Shown here one piece after another: positions 53,546-64,000 of a DNA stretch of 64,000 nucleotides; the stretch's first letter is position 1; each line of letters opens with the position of its first letter. The notes under the pieces were generated by a model. The model was not told the origin of the DNA. It saw only the letters and a program-made list of their open reading frames with translations, and did not search any database. This DNA comes from Octopus vulgaris (Eukaryota). The position numbers and the translations under genes are program-made. The stretch covers positions 16,616,001-16,680,000 of the forward strand of contig OX597842.1 of assembly GCA_951406725.2 (NCBI GenBank), in the 5' to 3' direction.

Positions 53546-55705
53546 TTATTCTTTAGTGTGACTACACACATGTGTAGTCAACTGTCTTTTCTGAGCAAAT
53601 GATTTACTGCAGACATCACAGTGATAAGGCTTCTCTCCTGTGTGAATACGTTTATGTATAGTCAAAGGATATTTCTGACAGAATGATTTACCACAGATAT
53701 CACAGTGATAAGGCTTCTCTCCTGTGTGAATACGTTTATGTATAGTCAACTGTCTTTTCCGAATAAATGATTTACTGCAGACATCACAGTGATAAGGCTT
53801 CTCTCCTGTATGAATGTGTCTGTGGTCAATCAAATAATTTTTCTCAGAGAATGATTTACCACAGATGTCACAACAATAAGGCTTCTCTCCTGTGTGAATT
53901 TGTTTGTGTTTGATTAAATGTTGATTTACATAAAACGATTTACCACAGACATCACAGTGATAAGGTTTATCTCCTGTGTGAATTCGTTTATGTATAGTCA
54001 AAGTACATTCCTGAGAGAATGATTTACCACAGATATCACAGTGATAAGGCTTCTCTCCTGTGTGAATACGTTTATGTATAGTCAACTGTCTTTTCCGAAT
54101 AAATGATTTACTGCAGACATCACAGTGATAAGGCTTCTCTCCTGTATGAATGTGTCTGTGTTCAATCAAATGAGTTTTCTGAGAGAATGATTTACCACAG
54201 ATGTCACAACAATAAGGCTTCTCTCCGGTATGAATTTGTTTGTGTTTGATTAAATGTTGATTTACATAAAACGATTTACCACAGATATCACAGTGATAAG
54301 GTTTATCTCCTGTGTGAATTCGTTTATGTATAGTCAAAGTACATTCCTGAGAGAATGATTTACCACAGATATCACAGTGATAAGGCTTCTCTCCTGTGTG
54401 AATACGTTTATGTATAGTCAACTGTCTTTTCCGAATAAATGATTTACTGCAGACATCACAGTGATAAGGCTTCTCTCCTGTATGAATATTTTTGTGATCA
54501 ATCAAATGACTTTTCTGAGAGAATGATTTACCACAGATGTCACAACAATAAGGCTTCTCTCCGGTATGGGTTTGTTTGTGTTTGATTAAATCGCAATTTA
54601 CATAAAACGATTTACCACAGATATCACAGTGATAAGGCTTCTCTCCCGTGTGAATACGTTTATGTATAGTCAAATACCATTTCTGAGAGAATGATTTACC
54701 ACAGATATCACAGTGATAACGTTTATCTCCTGTGTGAATTCGTTTATGTATAGTCAAAGGATATTTCTGACAGAATGATTTACCACAGATATCACAGTGA
54801 TAAGGCTTCTCTCCTGTGTGAATACGTTTATGTATAGTCAACTGTCTTTTCCGAATAAATGATTTACTGCAGACATCACAGTGATAAGGCTTCTCTCCTG
54901 TATGAATATTTTTGTGATCAATCAAATGACTTTTCTGAGAGAATGATTTACCACAGATGTCACAACAATAAGGCTTCTCTCCTGTGTGAATTTGTTTGTG
55001 TTTGATTAAATGTTGATTTACATAAAACGATTTACCACAGATATCACAGTGATAAGGTTTATCCCCTGTATGAATTCGTTTATGTATAGTCAAATAATAT
55101 TTCTCAGAGAATGATTTACCACAGATATCACAGTGATAAGGTTTATCTCCTGTGTGAATTCGTTTATGTAAAGTCAAATGAGTTTTCTGAGAGAATGATT
55201 TACCGCAGATATCACAGCCGTGTGGCTTTTCTCCTGTATGAAGACGTACATGGGTACTTAAGCTGCTGCTTGTAGATAATGATTTACCACAGATACCACA
55301 GCTGTATGGCTTTTCACCAGTGTGAGTTCGTATGTGTTTAGTTAAGCCGCCACTTGAAGTGACCGATTTACCACAGATCTCACAGTGATAAGGTTTCTCT
55401 CCTGTATGAATACGCAAATGGTCAGTTAAGTTATTGTCTCGAGAGAATGATTTACCACAGATACGACAGAGATGTGGTTTCTCTTCTGTATGAATTTGTT
55501 TGTGTAGACTCAAACTATTTCCTTCAGAGAATGAAAGACCACAAATATCACAGTGATACAGATTCTCTCCTGTATGAATGCGTTTGTGAATGGTCAAGGA
55601 TCTGTTTTGAGTGAATGATTTACCACAGACATCACAGTGATATGGCCTATCCTTTCTGCAAACAAGTTTCTTAATATTAAGGTCAACTTTTTCAGAGAAT
55701 GACAT
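53546..55705 (-). CDS. Tandem C2H2 zinc-finger protein, 25 fingers (ZNF copy 4, inverted)
   Basis: 719-aa ORF closest to copy 3 at both ends, with internally repeated multi-finger modules. Confidence 0.93.
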   Translation of the reverse strand: MSFSEKVDLNIKKLVCRKDRPYHCDVCGKSFTQNRSLTIHKRIHTGENLYHCDICGLSFSEGNSLSLHKQIHTEEKPHLCRICGKSFSRDNNLTDHLRIHTGEKPYHCEICGKSVTSSGGLTKHIRTHTGEKPYSCGICGKSLSTSSSLSTHVRLHTGEKPHGCDICGKSFSQKTHLTLHKRIHTGDKPYHCDICGKSFSEKYYLTIHKRIHTGDKPYHCDICGKSFYVNQHLIKHKQIHTGEKPYCCDICGKSFSQKSHLIDHKNIHTGEKPYHCDVCSKSFIRKRQLTIHKRIHTGEKPYHCDICGKSFCQKYPLTIHKRIHTGDKRYHCDICGKSFSQKWYLTIHKRIHTGEKPYHCDICGKSFYVNCDLIKHKQTHTGEKPYCCDICGKSFSQKSHLIDHKNIHTGEKPYHCDVCSKSFIRKRQLTIHKRIHTGEKPYHCDICGKSFSQECTLTIHKRIHTGDKPYHCDICGKSFYVNQHLIKHKQIHTGEKPYCCDICGKSFSQKTHLIEHRHIHTGEKPYHCDVCSKSFIRKRQLTIHKRIHTGEKPYHCDICGKSFSQECTLTIHKRIHTGDKPYHCDVCGKSFYVNQHLIKHKQIHTGEKPYCCDICGKSFSEKNYLIDHRHIHTGEKPYHCDVCSKSFIRKRQLTIHKRIHTGEKPYHCDICGKSFCQKYPLTIHKRIHTGEKPYHCDVCSKSFAQKRQLTTHVCSHTKE

Positions 55706-57369
55706 TTTATAAATACCACAGTGTTATATTTTTCCAATATTTTTCGACGTCAATCAATCCACTGTGGTTTTTATTCAACCATATTCTCACACAAATGTTT
55801 ATCGAATTTTCCTTCTCTATCACAATATATGTTTTTATTTTCAAATATTTATATATTTTATTCACAATATTTTCTCTGCTACATTTCCATCAAACTGCAG
55901 TCTTTGTTAATATCTGTGGCTGTTGCAAACTCCTTTGTAATCCGATTTTAATTAGAATCAAAAGTCATCTCCTATACATTCCTGTCAATAAAACAGAGAC
56001 ATTTTACAATTAATTTCAGTACATAGAAAATATTATAAAATATTATAAAAGTCAATGTAATTCCTGTTCTGTATAACAAGTTCCTTTAATCTGTAGCAAG
56101 TCATAAAACTATTTTACTTGTCCTGGCATAGCACAGTTGTGCTCTGGCATTCTCCAGCCAATCAGGGCTGGGTGCGTATGAATACCAAAGGCAGCTCTCT
56201 GCCCATGAAGTGAAGCGGAAGTTTTAATCAGTGGATAGACGGCAGAAGAGCAACATCTCTCTTTCAACATGGAACAGGTCTTTGTGTTTCATCACCAACA
56301 TTGTGCAGCTAACTCTGGATTATATCAGCTCTTGACTTGCCATATCATGAACAGCTCCTTGTTATTCACACCAGCTTCACACTAAAAGCTATGAATTATA
56401 CCGGCCCCACAAACTCTGATCCCATCACGAACAGCCTGTTTCATTTATGCCAACTTTGCTCCCCGATGTTCTTGATGACATCAGCCCCCTACTCGAGTCA
56501 TGTTATGAACAGTATATTTTCATTTAAGCTAACTCCATTCCTATTAGCTTAAATGACTTCCAACAGAATCCATATTTCAATCATAAGTTATAAAGCTTTT
56601 CCTGACTCATACACACAGGCTATGCTCTTACTACTTGTCAGCTCTTGTTAATATCTCTATATATAAAGCTGAAGTATGGCAGGTTTGGTAGCCTTCAACT
56701 AACCCTATCTCCTCTGAGACCCTGCGACACAAGTTGACCAAAATTGAGAGTATGATAGAAGAAGGCTTGCTCTTCATTCTGTAGAAGAAAAAATTCAAAT
56801 CGGACCATGTTAACACCAAAAATTATTTACATCAAAAAGGTGCATTTTTTCTATGAAAACCCCTATTTTTTACGTTGTTTTGACAGCTGTGTCGCCATTT
56901 TTCGGTGTATTTCAGCCAGAAAAATGTTCACTTAAAGAGAATAACAAGCTACATAATGCAAAATTTTTACTTTTCAAAAATTCCAATTCTAAAGGATCGA
57001 AACAAACCCGAGCAACGCCGGGCGATATTGCTAGTAAAAAATATTTTTGTATAAAAACTGCCTTCTGATATTCCATTCCACATGCTTCTCAAAAGCTCAA
57101 TCACAGGAATTTACCACAAAAACTTCCATGCTATAAATTAGTGACCAATCTTACTAAAACAGTAACATACTAAATGGACTTCCACTAAAAATCTTTCAAA
57201 GCTGATAAATATCAAAGATACATTTAAAGTAAAACATTATTGTTTAGTGACAATGTCATCTGATATTCTGAAATAATAGAGAAACAGTCTAAGCTACAGA
57301 GGATGTTTAAACTTTTAGCATTCAGGTTATTCTGTCAAAAGCAATGCTTATTTTTTTAGATTGCTTTAA

Positions 57370-58430
57370 CCCTTTCGTTACTGTATTTATTTTGGGATGC
57401 TCTGTGTTTCTTTCAATTAATTTTAAATATAGCAAAGAATTTAATAAAATAACTTAGTTATCATTCAGCTAGTGTTAGGAACATAAATTGTGACTAAGGT
57501 TTGGTGGAAGATTTTAATTCAAAACTTATGAAAACAAGACATTTGTACTCAGAGCCAGAGGTGGTTTCAGCCAGGTTGGTATCAAAAGGGTTAAATATAA
57601 CAAAGAATTTAGTAAAATAACTTAGTTACCATTAAGCTAGTGTTAGGAACATAAATTGTGACTAAGGTTTGGTGGAAGATTTTAATTCAAAACTTATGAA
57701 AACAAGACATTTGTACTACAGAGCCAGAGGTGGTTTCAGCCAGGTTGGTATCAAAAGGGTTAAATATAACAAAGAATTTAGTAAAATAACTTAGTTACCA
57801 TTAAGCTAGTGTTAGGAACATAAATTGTGACTAAGGTTTGGTGGAAGGTTTTAATTCAAAACTTATGAAAACAAGACATTTGTACTACAGAGCCAGAGGT
57901 GGTTTCAGCCAGGTTGGTATCAAAAGAGTAAAATATAACAAAGAATTTAGTAAAATAACTTAGTTACCATTAAGCTAGTGTTAGGAACATAAATTGTGAC
58001 TAAGGTTTGGTGGAAGGTTTTAATTCAAAACTTATGAAAACAAGACATTTGTACTACAGAGCCAGAGGTGGTTTCAGCCGGGTTGGTATCAAAAGAGTAA
58101 AATATAACAAAGAATTTAGTAAAATAACTTAGTTACCATTAAGCTAGTGTTAGGAACATAAATTGTGACTAAGGTTTGGTGGAAGGTTTTAATTCAAAAC
58201 TTATGAAAACAAGACATTTGTACTACAGAGCCAGAGGTGGTTTCAGCCAGGTTGGTATCAAAAGAGTAAAATATAACAAAGAATTTAGTAAAATAACTTA
58301 GTTACCATTAAGCTAGTGTTAGGAACATAAATTGTGACTAAGGTTTGGTGGAAGGTTTTAATTCAAAACTTATGAAAACAAGACATTTGTACTACAGAGC
58401 CAGAGGTGGTTTCAGCCAGGTTGGTATCAA
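57370..58430 (-). repeat. ~169-bp piggyBac-like MITE-derived array (6 units)
   Basis: Reverse-complement paralog of 9320-11065. Confidence 0.92.
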
Positions 58431-59394
58431 GTGTAAATTTTCAGATTTTGTTTCACTTGTTAGAAATAGCAGCCAAATCTTGTGCAAATTGAAGGCACAT
58501 TTGACTGACTGTCTTTAACCCTTTTCGTTACCATATTTCTGTTGCTTTACTTGTTTCAGTCATTTGACTGTGGCCATGCTGGAGCACTGCCTTTTAGTCG
58601 AGCAAATTGACCCCAGGACTTATTCTATCGGTCTACTTTGCCGAACCACTAAGTTATGGGGACGTAAACACACCAGCATCAGTTGTCAAGCGATGTTGTG
58701 GGGACAAACAGACACACATACATACATATATATATATATACATATATACGATGGACTTTTTTCAGTTTCCGTCTACCAAATCCACTCACAAGGCTTTGGT
58801 CGGCCCGAGGCTATAGTAGACACTAGCCCATGATGCCATGCAGTGGGACTGAACACAGAACCATGTGGTTGGTAAGCAAGCTACTTACCACACAGCCACC
58901 CCTGTGCCTATAGATATAGCAGTAGACACATTACCAACGTTTCATGCAGTGGAACTGAACCCAAAACCACGTGGATGGGACAGGCTGTTGAATATGTTAA
59001 CACTGACATTTTGTTTTCTTATAGTGTCTGAATTATTTCCCATGATTAGTAATAATAATAAAACGTTTATTGGTACCCTACCAATGATTAGTAATAATAG
59101 TAAAACGTTTATTGGTACCCTATCAATGATTAGTAATAATAGTAAAACGTTTATTGGTACCCTACCAATTTAGTATTACTTTAAATTCAGTTTAAATGAT
59201 AAACTTGTAAATTCAGGAATTTTTGAAGTTTTTTTTTTTTAATTTGAATCCTGAGAACAGTGGTCGATGTAATTAACTAACCCACTTCCACAAAATTGTG
59301 CCAAAATTTGAAACCTTTATTATAGGTACATTAGAGGAAAGTGAGTCTTTACATAAAATTTCTCGACAACCATAAATAGTAATTTACAGAATGG

Positions 59395-60541
59395 GGATCT
59401 TTTCGGTTTGAACGGTAGTTTTTTCTAGCGGTGTCATATGAAATTGTCACCCATAATTATGACCCTAGTATCGATCTATTGCATTTCAATCTGTTTTAGG
59501 GTTAGGGTATCTTTTTTTCTTCAGAAATGTAAATAAACCCAATCTGTTTCTTAAACCAGGGACATATTCATACAGCACAGAATGTTTTCACCTCAATAGA
59601 CGTCACTGATTGGTTGAAATTGCAGAAATTAAAGAAAAAAAACAACAAATATCTTAGAAACTATAGAATTTTCGGCGATCTTTCGTTTGTCGTAGCACGA
59701 TTCCGTCGATGATTTCCGTAAAAAAACTTTAATTTTTTTACATATGGGCTTGCGGGAACATTTGAAGTAATGAGAGCGAAAGAGACTAAGAGGAAGCGAT
59801 TTTATGACGAGGGAATTTCTTTTGAAGTTACCGTCCAGGGGGACTGTTGATGTACATGTGTGTGTGTGTTTGATGGGGTGTGGGAGACAGACAGTATGTT
59901 GTGTAAGTGAAGTGCTTCTGTTAGTGTGTGTGAAGAGACAGAGAGAGTAATGTGTGAAAGAGAGAGATAACTGATTTTTTACTCGGTGTATGTGTATATG
60001 TATGTATGCATGTATGTATGTATCTATGTATATGTGTATGTATCTATGTATGTGTGTGTGTATGTATGTATGGCCGATTCAGTGTACACTGAATCGGCCA
60101 TACATACATACATACACACACACACATACACCGAGTAAAAAATTTCAGTTATCTCTTTCTTTCACACATTACTCTCTCTGTCTCTTCACACACACTAACA
60201 GAAGCACTTCACTTACACAACATACTGTCTGTCTCCCACATCCCATCAAACACACACACACACACATGTACATCAATGCTTCGGTAACTTCTAAAGAAAT
60301 TCCCTCGTCATAAAATCGCTCCTTCTTAGTCTCTTTCGCTCTCATTACTTCAAATGTTCCCGCAAGCCCATATGTAAAAAAATAAAAGTTTTTTTACGGA
60401 AACGTGCTACGACAAACGAATCTCAATAAAGCCAAGAGAAAAAGATGTTTTATAAACACATTCTACCAGTATACGAAGTTTAAAAGTGTTTAGTTACGTG
60501 GAAATTATTTAAAAAAACTGCCGTTCAAACGGAAAAGATCC
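59395..60541 (-). mobile_element. GGATC-TIR MITE carrying a nested foldback insertion
   Basis: TSD CAGAATGG / CAGAAGGG; interrupted at 59674-60420. Confidence 0.82.
59674..60420. repeat. Spacer-less long palindrome / foldback element
   Basis: Arms TTCGTTTGTCGTAGCACG... and ...CGTGCTACGACAAACGAA; centre GGCCGATTCAGTGT|ACACTGAATCGGCC at 60085/60086. Confidence 0.92.
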
Positions 60542-60727
60542 CAGAAGGGTCTAGAATAAACTTATTTATTTAGGTTACAGTTTAATTACTGGTATCAAAC
60601 AATTAGTGACGGACAATAAAGGTTTAATAGCGATCTCGGACTTATCAACATTAACAATTTGCACTTCTGCCTGGAGCTTTTAATTATCCGTATTCACTGC
60701 TTTTTACTAAGGTAATATGTAATTATG

Positions 60728-60852
60728 TCTTACCTGTTACGATAAATCAATGCTAAATGTGAAAGATCTTTAATTACAACCAAGGTGCGACTCGACAGCA
60801 GTTTGACATCAGGAATATTATAAATCCGACACAGAAAACAAAACGAAACGTA
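60728..60852 (-). promoter_or_regulatory. Putative non-coding first exon and donor of ZNF copy 4
   Basis: Reverse-complement paralog of 7639-7764; donor at 60733; acceptor at 55982-55983. Confidence 0.5.
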
Positions 60853-61327
60853 GACAAAAAAACCTCCCAAAAGATAGAATCTGTCACAGATATAAAGAAT
60901 TTCAATGTTTTTATATTTTATGTAAACTTTTTAGCCTTGCAATACATTGGGAATAATATGTTTGTTATATATTTTAAGTGAAAATTTCAGAAATGATATT
61001 ACACATATAAATGTATGCTTCTAGCTGTGTGTATACGGAAACGGCTTTATGTTTCGTTCCACCCTGTTCCGATTCTCTTTTTCTCAACTTTCTGTCATCA
61101 AATCGTATTTGCAGTTGAATAATTCCTTGTTCTAGTTTCGTATTTTTATTCTTCCCCCACACCTTAAAAAAAAAATTATAAATCACATTAACAAGAGATA
61201 ATCATATCTACACATTTCATTTAGTTCGATGATAAATAGTCTGTCTATTTCTAAATATACTTTGAAGTAATTGCTGGTATAAAAACGAAAGAAATATAAA
61301 ACTTAGTTTAGTAGAGAATTATTTTTA

Positions 61328-61456
61328 CTACGTTTCGTTTTCCTTTCCGTGCCGTTTTTTAAACATTCCCGCTGTCAAATTAATTGCTGTTAAGTCGCAC
61401 TCGGTTGTAATTAAAGGTATTTCTCATTAAACACTGATTTATCATAACAGGTAAGA
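61328..61456 (+). promoter_or_regulatory. Diverged paralogous first exon and donor of a probable fifth gene running out of the window
   Basis: TACGTTTCGTTTT...GTCGCAC..GTTGTAATTAAAG...CTGATTTATCATAACAG|GTAAGA (GT at 61451); intron similarity to 7759-7920 and 8370-8430 continues downstream. Confidence 0.45.
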
Positions 61457-61969
61457 TATATTAACATATTTTTTTTAATCGATGAATAGGATAATTGAAA
61501 GCTCTAGTCAAAAATACAGTTTTTAATGTTGCTTAATCAGAGATCGATATCAATTCTTTTATTATCTGTCACTAATTGCCTGAAATTAGTAATTAACAGA
61601 TTTAAGCAGTAACATTCCAAACCAACATATAATTCGTAATTAGTGGTTCTAAACCATTTTTTGCCTGTGGACTCCCTCTAATTCCTTTTTTTTTTCTCTG
61701 ACGGATTATCATATCTATTCGATATTTTTTTTTAATCCCATTATATTATAAATGTTATTAAGAATTGTAAAAATAGATTGTTGAAAATATATTGTGTATT
61801 ATAGACGTATAACCAGTTTATTGGATGTAAATTTTAACAACAAAATATTCTGTGGAACCCCAGGGGTCATATGGACTGCGTTGAGAACTGCTTTCGAGAC
61901 TTCTACAAATTACCATCTATGGTTGCGCAGAAATCTAACGTAAAGCTACACTCTCTACGAACGGGCCTA

Positions 61970-62959
61970 GGATGTTTTCGGTTTGAACGGCAGTTTTTAA
62001 CACAATTTCTAGGTAACTAAAAAATTTTAAACTTCGTATACTGGTAGAATGTGTTTATAAAACATTTTTTTCTCTTGGCTTTATTGAGAAAATTCTATTG
62101 TTTCTAAGATATTTGTTGTTTTTTTCTTCTGCAATTTCAACCAATCAATGACGTCCATTGAGGTAAAAAAAACCAAAACATTCTGTGCCATATGAATATG
62201 TCCCTCGTTTCAGAAACATTGGGTTTATTTACATTTCTGATGAAAAAAAGGTTCTTTTCGGTTTGACCGGCAGTTTTTAACATAATTTCTAGGTAACTAA
62301 AAAATTTTAAACTTCGTATACTGGTAGAATGTGTTTATAAAACATCTTTTTCTCTTGGCTTTATTGAGAAAATTCTAGAGTTTGTAAGATATTTGTTGTT
62401 TTTTTTCTTCAGTTTCTGCAATTTCAACCAATCAATGACGTCCATTGAGGTTAAAAAAACAACATTCTGTGTCGTATGAATATGTCCCTCGTTTAAGAAA
62501 CAGATTGGGTTTATTTACATTTCTGATGAAAAAAAGGATCTTTTCGGTTTGAACGGCAGTTTTTTAGCATAATTTCTAGGTAACTAAAAAAATTTAGTTA
62601 AACTTCGTATACTGGTAGAATGTGTTTATAAAACATCTTTTCCTCTTGGCTTTATTGAGAAAATTCTATAGTTTGTAAGATATTTGTTGGTTTTTTTCTT
62701 CTTCAATTTCTGCAATTTCAACCAATCAATGACGTCTATTGAGGTAAAAAAACACAACATTCTGTGCCGTATGAATATGTCCCTCGTTTAAGAAACAGAT
62801 TGGGTTTATTTACATTTGTGAAGAAAAAAAAGATACCCTTCCCCCACCCCTAACCCTAAAACAGATTAAAATGCAATAGATCGATACTAGGGTCATAATT
62901 ATGGGTAACAATTTCATATGACACCGCTAGAAAAACTGCCGGTCAAACCGAAAAGATCC
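61970..62959 (+). mobile_element. GGATC-TIR MITE with internally triplicated 5' portion
   Basis: Perfect 8-bp TSD CGGGCCTA (61962-61969 and 62960-62967); left TIR recurs at ~62250 and ~62536; one right TIR. Confidence 0.87.
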
Positions 62960-64000
62960 CGGGCCTATGATAATAATAGAATGGTAAACATTTCGAAGCA
63001 GTTTACGATCTGCTCTCAAAAATTATTAAATGTATATCTGTTGGGATATTCGGTAATTTCCTATTTGACGTTCGTACTGTCTTGGTGATCCATAAAGTAT
63101 ATTTCGGCACAGCATTTTGTAATTATTAGTGGTACATATTACGATCTGTGAGTAAAATATGAGGGGAGAATGTTCGACTTATTTTGAATAGAGTGTCACC
63201 TTGGGCACGTTTGAGAATTCTTCAACGATCCACGGCCGGAAAAAACCCAATTAATACAAATCACTGGATCTGACGAAGATCGAACCAGTGTCCTAATTGT
63301 ATGCCTTTCATTGAATATCTGCCGATCTGTAAGTATTTCGTTAGAATTCACAATAAAACGAGAAGCAGAGAGATGATACTCGCTAATCGGGTTGAAATGA
63401 AATTGAAACTAAATCAAAATTCGATTTTACGAACTCCAAATAGGAAATTATCGGATATTCTTTAATACACACTGTTAAATACGTAAACACTGACATCTCT
63501 TGTTTTTATTGAGGTGTCTGAATTATTTTTTATGTCAATAATTCGGTACTACTTAAGAAGAGTGGTCCCGGTGTGCGCACTCGCGCAAGCTAGTCGTTAC
63601 TAGGCGATCCTTTGTGTTTTTTTTTTATTTACTTTGTTTTAAAAAAATTATTTACTTTGTGTAAAAAAATTGGATCTTATTGGTTTGAACGGCAGTTTTT
63701 AACATAATTTCTAGGTAACTGGAGTGGCTGTGTGGTAAGTAGCTTGCTAACCAACCACATGGTTCCGGGTTCAGTCCCACTGCGTGGCATCTTGGGCAAG
63801 TGTCTTCTGCTATAGCCCCGGGATGACCAATGCCTTGTGAGTGGATTTGGTAGACAGAAACTGAAAGAAGCCTGCCGTATATATGTATATATATGTGTGT
63901 GTGTTTGTGTTTGTCCCCCTAGCATTGCTTGACCACCGATGCTGGTGTGTTTACGTCCCCGTTACTTAGCGGTTCGGCAAAAGAGACCGATAGAATAAGT

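Larger units (their letters stand above)
52990..61340 (-). repeat. Inverted segmental duplicate of the ZNF gene unit
   Basis: Reverse complement of ~7150-12730 (promoter, intron, Helitron, MITE array) and of ~22700-24760 (CDS and 3' flank). Confidence 0.9.

Noticed and set aside
63270-63290. CTGACGA...GAA (and CTGAAGA at ~45535) as additional hammerheads
   Set aside because: No GAAA with supporting stems I-III could be drawn.

Overview
Eukaryotic, AT-rich, repeat-dense DNA. It is most likely an octopus/coleoid cephalopod C2H2 zinc-finger cluster, inferred from the KRAB-less HCDICGKSF finger arrays and the SINE/RTE repertoire. There are four paralogous, single-coding-exon poly-C2H2 ORFs with 13, 12, 17 and 25 fingers. 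Three are tandem on +, carried by ~11-12 kb segmental duplications; the fourth is inverted on -. Each has a conserved candidate splice acceptor ~270 bp upstream of the ATG, and three have a candidate non-coding first exon inside the window. A diverged inverted paralog of that first exon at 61.3 kb suggests a fifth gene in head-to-head arrangement. The centre holds a ~15.5 kb array of ~126 x 123-bp units. These derive from the ORF2 C-terminus/3'UTR junction of a CR1/L2-type LINE that inserted into, and split, a single SINE. Other notable signals: minimal type-I hammerhead-ribozyme-like motifs (two sequence types, both with a CCGANGA core), a spacer-less ~740-bp palindrome nested in a MITE, several TE fragments amplified into tandem arrays, Helitron-like and piggyBac-like non-autonomous elements, and a 100-N gap flanked by a probably artefactual 3-kb duplication. 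All calls are by eye; repeat coordinates are approximate.
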